From positions 1 to 38,234 of the forward strand of contig CAXXJS010000048.1 of assembly GCA_963662665.2 (NCBI GenBank): a stretch of DNA of 38,234 nt, written 5' to 3'. Of the stretch, positions 27,871 to 38,234 are shown piece by piece. Position numbers and translations under genes: made by a program. This stretch comes from Candidatus Latescibacterota bacterium. GTDB taxonomy: Bacteria; Latescibacterota; UBA2968; GCA-2709665. Below the pieces are notes generated by a model. That model saw nothing but the letters and a program-made list of their open reading frames with translations, was not told the DNA's origin and ran no database searches. How positions within the stretch are numbered: the stretch's first letter is position 1; the number at the start of each line of letters is the position of its first letter.

Positions 27871-29391
27871 ATGCCGTTGAGTTTACGCAATATGCTGGTG
27901 TTGGCGTTCGCCGGATGCCTGCCCTGGGGCTGCGGGGGCGAACGTGCGGTTGCGCCTTCGACATCGAAGGCAGAGAAATCGTCGGAGGAACAGCCGCTGG
28001 GTAAACTGGCTGTCGGAGAGAACGCGACGCGGACCGTTGTGGTGGCAACTGTGCGGCAGGACGGCGCCGCGTTGGGTGGCGTCGCCGTCGCATTCGCCCG
28101 TTCGGTTTCCGGACAGGCGCCGAATTTCGCGTGGACCGACACGACCGATGCGTATGGTCGAGCGCGCGTGGATATTGCCGTCGACCGGGGCGGCGGCTAC
28201 TATACTGCCCGCGCGGCGCGCGGCATCAGCCAGTTCGATGTCTGGTCGAGCATTCCGATCAACGGAGGATATAGAGTATCGGTAGACCTGTCCATTGGCG
28301 GGAAAGCCCGGGTGACCGGCACGTCCATACTGGCCTCGGGGCGTCTTCCGGCAAAGATTCAGATTGGCGTCGTCATTCCACTCACGGGTGACGGCATGTC
28401 CGTTGGCCGGTACGTAAAAAACGGAATGGAACTCGCGCAAGAAGAGGTCAACCTTCATGAACTCGATTCTTCAACGTTAAACTTCATCGTTGAAGACAGC
28501 GAAAGCCGCGCGGACGTGGCTGTAACTGCCTTCGAAAAGCTGATTCACGAAGACAAGGTTTCGGTTATTCTAGGGCCTGGCTACTCCTCCTCAGCTGCCG
28601 CGGCTTTTCCGATTGCCCAGCAAAACAACGTGGTGGCGTTCAGCCCCACGGCGGCGGCGGCCGGACTGGGGGCGATTGGCGACTTCGTGTTCAGGGTTCC
28701 GGCGCCTGTGAGCCGGATCGCGCAAAGCACACTTGGAATTGCAAAAACGAAACTGTATTTAGACAGGGTTGCCGTGATATACGACAGTACGGACGTTTTT
28801 TCCCAGAGTGGTTACGAGGAAACCGAAAAGGCACTTCGTGCATTGGGCGTGGAGACGCTTACAGCCGAGGCGTTCGCAACCGGACAAACCGACTTTACCG
28901 GCGAACTGGGCCGTATAATCGAATTGAAACCCGATGTGATTCTCGTCTGGTCCCGGCCCGCGCATCGGGTCGTGATTCCCGTGCAGGGACGCGGGCTTGG
29001 TATTCCTTTCGAAATACCTTTCCTCGTTTTCGGCTTTGCTTCAAGCCAGATAGAACAAGCGGGTCCGGCAGCGGAAGGGTTGATAACGGGGACCTTCTGG
29101 TCTCGTTCAATTGAGACGCCGGAGAATCGGTCCTTTATCGGCAATTACCGTACCAGATTCGGCGAGGATCCCGATCTGTTCGCGGCAGAGGGATATGTGT
29201 GTGTGCGCATTCTTGCGGCCGCAATCATCAAGGCGGGCTCAACGACGTCGGCGTCCGTCAGGGATGCGCTGGCTACAATCGATATGCAAACCGTTGTCGG
29301 ACAGTTCGCCTTCGACCGGAATGGCGACCCGACTTATCCAGCCGTCCTGCAGGTGGTCAGGAACGGCAGATTCGAAACCCTGGGGAATTGA
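27871..29391 (+). CDS. Lipoprotein: uncharacterised N-terminal beta domain fused to a LivJ-like solute-binding domain
   Basis: Signal with Cys (AGC/WGC); ~112-aa domain shared with 19940..20914; then IQIGVVIPLTG, GPGYSS, FVFR, FAFDRNGD. Confidence 0.8.
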   Translation: MPLSLRNMLVLAFAGCLPWGCGGERAVAPSTSKAEKSSEEQPLGKLAVGENATRTVVVATVRQDGAALGGVAVAFARSVSGQAPNFAWTDTTDAYGRARVDIAVDRGGGYYTARAARGISQFDVWSSIPINGGYRVSVDLSIGGKARVTGTSILASGRLPAKIQIGVVIPLTGDGMSVGRYVKNGMELAQEEVNLHELDSSTLNFIVEDSESRADVAVTAFEKLIHEDKVSVILGPGYSSSAAAAFPIAQQNNVVAFSPTAAAAGLGAIGDFVFRVPAPVSRIAQSTLGIAKTKLYLDRVAVIYDSTDVFSQSGYEETEKALRALGVETLTAEAFATGQTDFTGELGRIIELKPDVILVWSRPAHRVVIPVQGRGLGIPFEIPFLVFGFASSQIEQAGPAAEGLITGTFWSRSIETPENRSFIGNYRTRFGEDPDLFAAEGYVCVRILAAAIIKAGSTTSASVRDALATIDMQTVVGQFAFDRNGDPTYPAVLQVVRNGRFETLGN

Positions 29392-29480
29392 AGTTTTGCA
29401 ATAGGAATACCAAACAGGGATACACTTCCTGCCAATCCCGCCACCTGACTACCACAACCGAGACCAATTAGACTGTTGCC

Positions 29481-30914
29481 ATGAATTTCGATTCTTACGA
29501 CCTCAATCCATCCATTTACGACGAGATGTTCCTCTCGGATGGCACACCCAGAGAACATTGTCAGCTCCTTTTCGAGGCGCTGAGCGACCTCTCGCCGGAG
29601 GAACTTTCAAGCATCCAGGAGCGCGTAACCCGTTCGTTTTCGAATGAGGGTATCACCTTTACCGTTTACGGCGATGACGAGGCTACTGAACGAATCATTC
29701 CGGTCGACTGCCTGCCTAGAATTTTATCGGGAGCCGAGTGGCGCCAGATCGTCCAGGGCCTCACACAGCGCCTGGCTGCCATGAACCGCTTTCTTCAGGA
29801 CATTTACAACGACGCACGCATTATAGGAGACGGCGTCATTCCGGCCGAAATGGTCAAGGGCTGTCCGCAGTACCGGGTTGAAATGTGTGGCGTCTCTCCG
29901 CCCCATGGCGCCTGGGTTTCAGTCTGCGGCACCGACCTCGTGCGCACCACCGACGGCTTTCTCGTACTTGAGGACAATCTGCGCGTTCCGTCGGGTGTTT
30001 CCTATATGGTTGCGAATCGTAAAGCGGTGAAAGCGAGTCTGCGCCGACTTTACAGAAGTTCACGTGTAGAGGACGTGGAACACTACGGCAGGTTGCTGCG
30101 CGAAACCCTTTCAGAAGTCGCGCCAGGGGAGCGGACCGACCCGTGCATTGTGCTGCTCACACCGGGCGTTTACAACTCGGCCTTTTACGAACACTTGTTT
30201 CTGGCCCGAGAAATCGGCGCGGCCCTCGTCGAGGGTCGGGATCTCCTCGTGAACGATGGATTTGTCTATATGCGCACAACCACGGGTCTCCGGCGCGTCG
30301 ACGTGATTTACAGACGCGTCGACGACGACTTTTTGGATCCCCTGGTCTTTCGCGCGGATTCCCTGCTGGGCGTTCCCGGGTTACTGCACGCCTACAAACT
30401 TGGCAATGTGACCCTCGTAAACGCGCCCGGAACAGGTGTGGCCGACGACAAGAGCGTCTATGCCTACGTTCCGGACATGATTCGCTACTACCTGGGCGAA
30501 GAGCCCATTCTGGCCAGCGTCGAGACCTACCTGTGCCGCAGGCCGGAACACCTCGAGTACACGCTCGACAACCTGGAGAATCTGATCGTAAAGCGGGTCG
30601 GCGAGTCAGGCGGTTACGGCATGCTGGTCGGTCCCCACGCCACACCGGAGGAACGGGAGAAATACGTCAAGCAGTTGCGCGCCAACCCGGCTGACTTCAT
30701 CTCCCAGCCCGTTCTGCCGCTGTCGCGTGCGCCGTGTCTTGTCGACGACCGGATTGAGCCGCGTCACGTAGACCTGCGTCCATTCGTGTTGCATGGGCGT
30801 GAGACGCGGATCGTTCCCGGGGCATTCTGCCGTGTCGCCTTGCGCCGTGGCAACCTGGTGGTCAATTCCAGTCAGGGCGGTGGCGGCAAAGACCTCTGGG
30901 TTCTGGAAAACTGA
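29481..30914 (+). CDS. Circularly permuted type 2 ATP-grasp protein (DUF404-like peptide ligase)
   Basis: GITFTVYG, LEDNLRVPSGVSY, NSAFYEH, IYRRVDDDFLDP, NAPGTGVADDK, SGGYG, VNSSQGGGGKD. Confidence 0.93.
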   Translation: MNFDSYDLNPSIYDEMFLSDGTPREHCQLLFEALSDLSPEELSSIQERVTRSFSNEGITFTVYGDDEATERIIPVDCLPRILSGAEWRQIVQGLTQRLAAMNRFLQDIYNDARIIGDGVIPAEMVKGCPQYRVEMCGVSPPHGAWVSVCGTDLVRTTDGFLVLEDNLRVPSGVSYMVANRKAVKASLRRLYRSSRVEDVEHYGRLLRETLSEVAPGERTDPCIVLLTPGVYNSAFYEHLFLAREIGAALVEGRDLLVNDGFVYMRTTTGLRRVDVIYRRVDDDFLDPLVFRADSLLGVPGLLHAYKLGNVTLVNAPGTGVADDKSVYAYVPDMIRYYLGEEPILASVETYLCRRPEHLEYTLDNLENLIVKRVGESGGYGMLVGPHATPEEREKYVKQLRANPADFISQPVLPLSRAPCLVDDRIEPRHVDLRPFVLHGRETRIVPGAFCRVALRRGNLVVNSSQGGGGKDLWVLEN

Positions 30915-30988
30915 GCAATCGCATTCAAAACGTCTGTCAGGTATAACACGTATCTCACCGTTGTGGAAAAATCACGAAAGGAGAGGGT

Positions 30989-32374
30989 ATGAGAGGTTTC
31001 ACGAAAGTACCGATCCACAAGCGCCTCGGCGGTTCCCCGTGGAGAACGGCCCTGCTATTGATCGGCTGCCTGCTCTGCGGGACCACCGCGGCTTACGCGG
31101 CGGTCGACCAGGAGACTATGTTCGTCTTCAATACGTTCGCGTTCCTGATCTGGGGCGCGCTGATCATGTGGATGTGTGCCGGGTTCACAATGCTCGAGTC
31201 GGGTTCGGTTCGCAGCAAGAACGCCGGGATGATCTGCATGAAGAACATAGGCCTCTACTCGATAGCCGGTCTCGCCTATTACTTCATCGGTTACAATCTG
31301 ATGTATACGGACGTGGGGAAGTTCATCGGCTCCTTTACGCTCCTTTACGGTCCATCTGCGGCCGACCTCGCCCTCGTCGCTGGTCAGGAAACCGCGAAGG
31401 CCAAGGTTATCGCAAACAAATATTCCACAATGTCCGACTGGTTCTTCCAGATGGTCTTTGTGGCGACGGCCGCCTCCATTGTCTCCGGCGCGCTGGCGGA
31501 GCGGGTCAAGATGTGGTCCTTCTTTCTGTTCACGCTGGCCCTGACGGCTGTTATCTACCCCGTTGTGGGCGCGTGGACCTGGGGCGGCGGGTGGTTGAGT
31601 GCTATGGGATTCAAGGATTTCGCCGGATCGACCATAGTTCACAGCACCGGTGGATGGGCGGCGCTTGCGGGTGCGCTGGTCGTCGGTCCGCGATTGGGAA
31701 AATTCCGAAGGGATGGCACCATTAAGGCAACGCCACCGTCCAATATCCTCGCCGTTACGCTCGGCGTATTCATCCTGTGGTTTGGCTGGCTCGGCTTCAA
31801 CGGCGGGTCGCAGTTGGCGCTGGGGAGCGCCGCCGATGCGGTGGCTATGAGTCATGTTCTTGTCAACACGAATCTTGCGGCGTCGGCCGGCGTGGTTGTG
31901 GCTCTCATCGTCTCCAAGCCTATCCTGGGGCGCATGGACCTTTTCGCCAGTCTGAACGGAGCGATTGCCGGGCTGGTGTCAATTACAGCCGGCCCCGACA
32001 TCGTCCAGCACTATTGGGCAGTGGTTATCGGCGGCGTGGGCGCCATCCTTTGTACGGCCGGAATCAGGCTACTGGAAAGGTTGAAAATCGACGACGTGGT
32101 CGGCGCGGTTCCCGCCCACCTCTTCGCCGGTATCTGGGGAACGCTGGCTGTAACCATTGCCGCGGGCGGAAATTTTGGCGTTCAACTCCTGGGTTGCGTT
32201 GCGGTTGGCGTGTTCGTATTCTCGGTTTCGTGGGTGCTGTGGCGATTGTTGGCCGCGACCCTGAGCGTCCGCGTGTCCAACAAAGTCGAGCGGATGGGGC
32301 AGGACGTCGGAGAACTCGGAATGGAGGCATATCCCGAATTTGTCCTCACACCGGAAGAAGCAGATGAGGATTGA
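30989..32374 (+). CDS. amtB: Ammonium transporter (Amt family)
   Basis: AGFTMLESG, FQMVF, SGALAER, WGGGWL, DFAGSTIVH, GWLGFNGGS, DDVVGAVPAH. Twin-His, Phe gate and Trp/Ser site appear intact; signal peptide; AAGGAG SD. Confidence 0.95.
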   Translation: MRGFTKVPIHKRLGGSPWRTALLLIGCLLCGTTAAYAAVDQETMFVFNTFAFLIWGALIMWMCAGFTMLESGSVRSKNAGMICMKNIGLYSIAGLAYYFIGYNLMYTDVGKFIGSFTLLYGPSAADLALVAGQETAKAKVIANKYSTMSDWFFQMVFVATAASIVSGALAERVKMWSFFLFTLALTAVIYPVVGAWTWGGGWLSAMGFKDFAGSTIVHSTGGWAALAGALVVGPRLGKFRRDGTIKATPPSNILAVTLGVFILWFGWLGFNGGSQLALGSAADAVAMSHVLVNTNLAASAGVVVALIVSKPILGRMDLFASLNGAIAGLVSITAGPDIVQHYWAVVIGGVGAILCTAGIRLLERLKIDDVVGAVPAHLFAGIWGTLAVTIAAGGNFGVQLLGCVAVGVFVFSVSWVLWRLLAATLSVRVSNKVERMGQDVGELGMEAYPEFVLTPEEADED

Positions 32375-33357
32375 TGACAACGAATCCTGGTAGTCCCAGA
32401 CTTCTCTCCCGCAGTGCGCAGGGCCTTTATTGGATGGGCCGCTACCTTGAACGGGCGGAACACCTCTGTCGACTTTTGCGATTTCAGGTGGAAGCGTTGG
32501 TGGATCGGCCGATCCGGGAGATCTATTTTGGCTGGAGTCGAATCTACCTGAGCCTGAATCGCCGTCCGCCCGGCGGCAGCATCACGATGGCAGGGAACGA
32601 CGATTTTACGCTGGCCGATTCCTACACGTTGGCCGACGATCTCACTTTCGAGCGCTCAAATCCCGATTCCGTATGGAATTGTTTCTCGCTCGGCCGTGAG
32701 AATGCACGGCAGATGCGCCACTGCATCAGCGGGGAGATGTGGACCTGTTTGAACCTCGCTTATCTGCGGCTCCAGAAGCTAAGCATCCGGGACATCTGGC
32801 GGGCTTCCCCCGAGAGCTTTTATGCTGAAACGGCAGGTGATATAAACACGTTTGCCGGCGTGGCGGAAGCAACGATGTACCGCGACGAAGGATGGCATTT
32901 CGCGCGACTCGGGCGTTGTATGGAACGTGCCCAATGTTCGGCTTCGTTATTCCTTTCTCAGCTCTCCGTGGACAAACTCATGGACGAGTCATCCGACGCG
33001 GACTGGACGAACCTCTTGCACGTTTGCCAGGCGTTTGACGCTTACGTCCGTAATTACAGTGTCGACGTCCAGCCGCATCGGATCCTCGATCTTCTCGTTA
33101 CCGACCCTCTGCTACACGGCTCTTTATGCTACTCGCTCGACGCGGTGGCCGCGGAACTCGACGCCATCGGTACCGGGTCCGACGAACATTCCAGTGCAGT
33201 AGCCCTGCGCCTGGCCAGGCGTATGTGCGCGCTGATCCATTACGATTGGCCCGATCGCGAAGACCATGAGGCCATTCTCGGAGACCTCCTGGGCTACTGC
33301 CGGGAATTGAATGATCTCGTTACCGCCGCCTATATCGATTACGCCGTCGCCGAATGA
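32374..33357 (+). CDS. Alpha-E domain protein (DUF403)
   Basis: LLSR...LYWMGRYLERAE, RENAR, GRCMERA. ATG 32374 overlaps the amt stop (TGATG). Confidence 0.9.
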   Translation: MTTNPGSPRLLSRSAQGLYWMGRYLERAEHLCRLLRFQVEALVDRPIREIYFGWSRIYLSLNRRPPGGSITMAGNDDFTLADSYTLADDLTFERSNPDSVWNCFSLGRENARQMRHCISGEMWTCLNLAYLRLQKLSIRDIWRASPESFYAETAGDINTFAGVAEATMYRDEGWHFARLGRCMERAQCSASLFLSQLSVDKLMDESSDADWTNLLHVCQAFDAYVRNYSVDVQPHRILDLLVTDPLLHGSLCYSLDAVAAELDAIGTGSDEHSSAVALRLARRMCALIHYDWPDREDHEAILGDLLGYCRELNDLVTAAYIDYAVAE

Positions 33358-34262
33358 TACCCGGGTGTGATGATACCTTGGCCGGAACGATTCAGTACGA
33401 AATCAGGCACGTCTCACGTTACCATTACGCATTCCCCGCCCGGGAGTGCGTCATGCTGCTTTGCCTGAAACCGCTTGAAAACAACGGTCAGCAGTTGGTT
33501 CGTTTCGAAATCGAAACGAATCCAAAGGGCTCCCTGAGCGCTGAAACGGATCCATTCGGCAACGTGCGGCACGTTCTCAGCGTTCACCCGGAACATGAAA
33601 CTCTGGAGATTGCGGCTCAATCCACTGTAAGTGTGGCTCCCTTAACCCCGCTTCCACCTGTTCTCGGAGCCGACGCGTGGACGGAGATCGACGCGTGGAG
33701 GGACTCATTTCGACACTGGGATCTGATGCATCCCAGCGCGATGGCGGCTCCATCGCACGCGCTCGCCGATTTCACGAGAAAAAACGGCATTTTACGTGGG
33801 AATGACCCGCTCACGGACCTGACCCGGCTATCCTGTACTTTGAACGACGTATTTCAATACTCACCAGGAAGCACATCCGTCGCGTCTCCAATTGAAGAGA
33901 TTCTGGACACCGGCGAGGGAGTCTGCCAGGACTACGCTCACGTCATGATCGCGGTCGCCCGCTCATGGGGCGTTCCCGCCCGATACGTCTCGGGCTATCT
34001 TTACGTTTCCGGTTCTCCCGACGGGCGGGCCTGGAGCAATGCCACCCACGCCTGGGTGGAATGTCTGCTACCGGAACTCGGCTGGGTCGGATTCGACCCC
34101 ACCAACCGAAGTCTTACCGACGAACGACACGTTCGGATCGCCACAGGACGCGATTATCTGGACATTTCTCCGACACGTGGCGTCCGTCGGGGCGGCGGCG
34201 AAACGCGGCTCGAAGTCGATGTTCGGATGCGTCTCCGGACGGATCCGCAAATCCGCGCTTGA
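33354..34262 (+). CDS. Transglutaminase-like protein (Bact_transglu_N plus core)
   Basis: IRHVSRYHY, DPFGN; catalytic triad GVCQDYAH / HAWVE / GFDPTN; GRDY.D; ATGA overlap. Confidence 0.92.
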   Translation: MIPGCDDTLAGTIQYEIRHVSRYHYAFPARECVMLLCLKPLENNGQQLVRFEIETNPKGSLSAETDPFGNVRHVLSVHPEHETLEIAAQSTVSVAPLTPLPPVLGADAWTEIDAWRDSFRHWDLMHPSAMAAPSHALADFTRKNGILRGNDPLTDLTRLSCTLNDVFQYSPGSTSVASPIEEILDTGEGVCQDYAHVMIAVARSWGVPARYVSGYLYVSGSPDGRAWSNATHAWVECLLPELGWVGFDPTNRSLTDERHVRIATGRDYLDISPTRGVRRGGGETRLEVDVRMRLRTDPQIRA

Positions 34263-34287
34263 CAGAACTCTTCTTCCTCTATATCTT
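34259..34287 (+). promoter_or_regulatory. sigma70-type promoter for riboswitch-thiC
   Basis: TTGACA-N17-TATCTT; the -35 overlaps the upstream TGA stop. Confidence 0.65.
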
Positions 34288-34298
34288 GTAAATTGAAA

Positions 34299-36200
<1,902 letters not shown>

Positions 36201-36332
36201 TCCGCGGTTACGGGATTGTCTTCGGGGCGACACGGGCGGGCATCTGCAATTTGTACAAGAAACAGGCGCGCCTTTGTATCACCTGCATTCAGTTTCCTCT
36301 GTTGGCCACCACGAGATTTCTTCGGGAACTCA

Positions 36333-37697
36333 TCAACGTCGCGCTTCGTCACCGGACACCCGTCGCTGCCGGTCTTCTCTGGCATCGGCCGGTACAATGT
36401 GCGGCGCATCCTCGCCGGCCTCAACCATCCGCCGGACCAGCCGCTGTTTCATGACGCGCGCCACGTCCTGGTGGGAAGTCATCCCGATCAGGTTGCACAA
36501 CTCGTACGGATCCGCCTCCAGATCGTACAGGCATTGCTCCACGTATCGGTCCGACCCCGCGGTTTGTCCGCCATGGCGTTCCGGCGCGTCCACGCCGTAT
36601 TTCCACCTGCGGGTACGCACAGCCCTCCCCACCTGGGCTTCGCTGATCTGTACAAACGCCTCCTCCGGCCACCCCTCGCTGTTCCCCACCGTCAGCGGCA
36701 GGATCGACCGGCCCTGCATCTCTGCTGATATTTGGATCCCGGCCGCATCCAGCAACGTGGGTGTCAGGTCGACCGTACTCACCAGTTCACGCACCTGACC
36801 GCCGCCGTCGAATCCGGGCCCCTGGAACGCCGTTGGCACACGAATCGAACTTTCGTGGCAGGACCGTTTGTACTCGGCATTCCGCGTCTTGAAGTGACAA
36901 CCGTGGTCTGACGTAAACAACACCACGGTCCGTTCCGTCAGGCCCATACTCTTCAGCGCGTCAAGCATCCTGCCGAGCGCCTCATCCAATCGCTTCACCA
37001 TTCCGTAATAGCCGCCCAGGTGGCGATGGACAGACCCGCCCAACGCTGCGAGATCCGGCGGGACCCACCCGCCGGTATACCGTTCACGATATCCGTCCGG
37101 CGCCGGATAGTCGTCAATATGGTTCTGGTGATGAGGTTCGATATATGAGACAAACAGAAAAAACGGATGTTCGCGGTTCCCGTGAATATACCGGATGGCC
37201 GCATCCGTCACCGCATCAACCCGATATCCAGGCAGATCCACGGGATCTCCCTGGTTGTCGTACATAACCGTCCGATATGCCTCGGACGTAAACTCCAGCG
37301 TGTTCGATGCCAACCAGTACTCGTAGCCTCCACGTCCCTCCGGCGGCACCGGACCCATCGTTCCCCTTCCGTACAGATGCCATTTGCCGATATACGCCGT
37401 CCGATATCCGGCGTCTTTGAAATGGTGCGCCAGGGTCCGGCAATCGGGGGGCAGAGGGATTCCATTGCGAAAGCACCCCGTTGTCGTCGCATACAACCCG
37501 GTCTGCAGACAGGACCGCGCGGGACCACAGACGGGCTGACAGGTGAATGAATTGAAGACATGGGTACTACGCTGTGCCATCCGGTCGAAATTGGGTGTCA
37601 GATCCATGGGGTTCCCGTGAACGCCGGTTGTATCCCAACGTTGCTGATCGGTATAAAATACCACGACGTTCGGCTTTTCCAGACTATTCCTGGCCAT
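36333..37697 (-). CDS. Formylglycine-dependent sulfatase family protein
   Basis: KPNVV..TDQQR, CGPAR (CxPxR), GKWHL, EPH, TSDHG, LYDLEADPYE; no signal peptide. Confidence 0.92.
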   Translation of the reverse strand: MARNSLEKPNVVVFYTDQQRWDTTGVHGNPMDLTPNFDRMAQRSTHVFNSFTCQPVCGPARSCLQTGLYATTTGCFRNGIPLPPDCRTLAHHFKDAGYRTAYIGKWHLYGRGTMGPVPPEGRGGYEYWLASNTLEFTSEAYRTVMYDNQGDPVDLPGYRVDAVTDAAIRYIHGNREHPFFLFVSYIEPHHQNHIDDYPAPDGYRERYTGGWVPPDLAALGGSVHRHLGGYYGMVKRLDEALGRMLDALKSMGLTERTVVLFTSDHGCHFKTRNAEYKRSCHESSIRVPTAFQGPGFDGGGQVRELVSTVDLTPTLLDAAGIQISAEMQGRSILPLTVGNSEGWPEEAFVQISEAQVGRAVRTRRWKYGVDAPERHGGQTAGSDRYVEQCLYDLEADPYELCNLIGMTSHQDVARVMKQRLVRRMVEAGEDAPHIVPADAREDRQRRVSGDEARR

Positions 37698-37991
37698 GCC
37701 TGCCTCCGTTCACTCACATAACAGGTTTTCGGAATGCGATGCGACGTGACGCTGCGAACGCGGGAACCGCCATTCCGTGCGCAAACCTGGGTTGACGTGA
37801 AACTCCCGGTTCAATGAACGCATCTCATCGTAATGGATCAACTGTCTTTGGATTAGCCAATTGGTCATTTTGGTACCCTTCGCTTTCGGACACACTGCGA
37901 AAAAACGTGACAGATCGCCTGCACAGCGATATCTTATGGCACCGCCAGATGCCGTCCCGACTCCTCTTCCATGGTACCCCGGGGTTGTCCA

Positions 37992-38234
37992 ATGGAAAAC
38001 AGGCCGATACGAGATCTGCTTGAAAAAGCCGACCGCTATCTTGCAGGCGGCTGTCTGGGCAGCTTTCGGATGCCGGACGAAGTCGCAACCGTAATCAGGC
38101 GCGGAAACGGTTGCCGGATCTACGACACCGAGGACCGCGAGTATATCGACTACGTCCTCGGATCCGGCCCGCTCATACTCGGCCACGCACACCCCGCCGT
38201 GGTTGAAGCCGTCCAACGCCAGGTTGCGCTGGGC
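37992..38234 (+). CDS. Class III aminotransferase (GSA-aminomutase-like), 3' partial
   Basis: My translation MENRPIRDLLEKADRYLAGG...RGNGCRIYDTEDREYIDYVLGSGPLILGHAHPAVVEAV runs off the window. Confidence 0.85.
   Translation, partial: MENRPIRDLLEKADRYLAGGCLGSFRMPDEVATVIRRGNGCRIYDTEDREYIDYVLGSGPLILGHAHPAVVEAVQRQVALG

Noticed and set aside
29396-29426. TTGCAA...TACACT promoter before the ATP-grasp gene
   Set aside because: 19-bp spacer with no supporting dyad; too weak to call.
37937-37952. TGGCAC...TGC as a sigma54 promoter
   Set aside because: GG-to-GC spacing is 11 nt instead of the required 10.
37710-38216. 168-aa ORF on -
   Set aside because: Antisense to the partial aminotransferase on +, which has clear family motifs.

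Overview
GC-rich bacterial chromosomal segment from a diderm organism (Omp85 barrel, several lipoproteins). It holds about 29 protein-coding genes, two of them cut by the window edges, and one pseudogene. I found no rRNA, tRNA, CRISPR array, integrase or transposase. Left to right: TIM-barrel sugar-phosphate isomerase (partial); ~100-bp MITE-like element; PQQ-type sugar dehydrogenase lipoprotein; peptidase/beta-propeller/Omp85 fusion; Gfo/Idh/MocA oxidoreductase; convergent hydantoinase/oxoprolinase B and A genes with an NCS2 permease; UVR-motif protein; monocistronic ilvB preceded by an apparent Ile/Leu/Val leader-peptide attenuator; an ECF sigma/anti-sigma locus with three Spy/CpxP (LTXXQ)-like proteins and two matching ECF promoters; a partner-switching cluster (STAS, REC-PP2C, RsbW-like kinase, solute-binding protein, HAMP histidine kinase) containing a decayed antiporter-CBS gene; two lipoproteins sharing an unrecognised ~112-aa N-terminal domain; an ATP-grasp / Amt / alpha-E / transglutaminase cluster; TPP riboswitch-thiC; a sulfatase; a class III aminotransferase (partial). 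The best candidates for undescribed biology are the ammonium transporter embedded in the ATP-grasp/alpha-E/transglutaminase cluster, the shared lipoprotein domain carrying different cargos, and the binding-protein-to-partner-switch circuit. All calls come from reading motifs by eye; no database searches were run.
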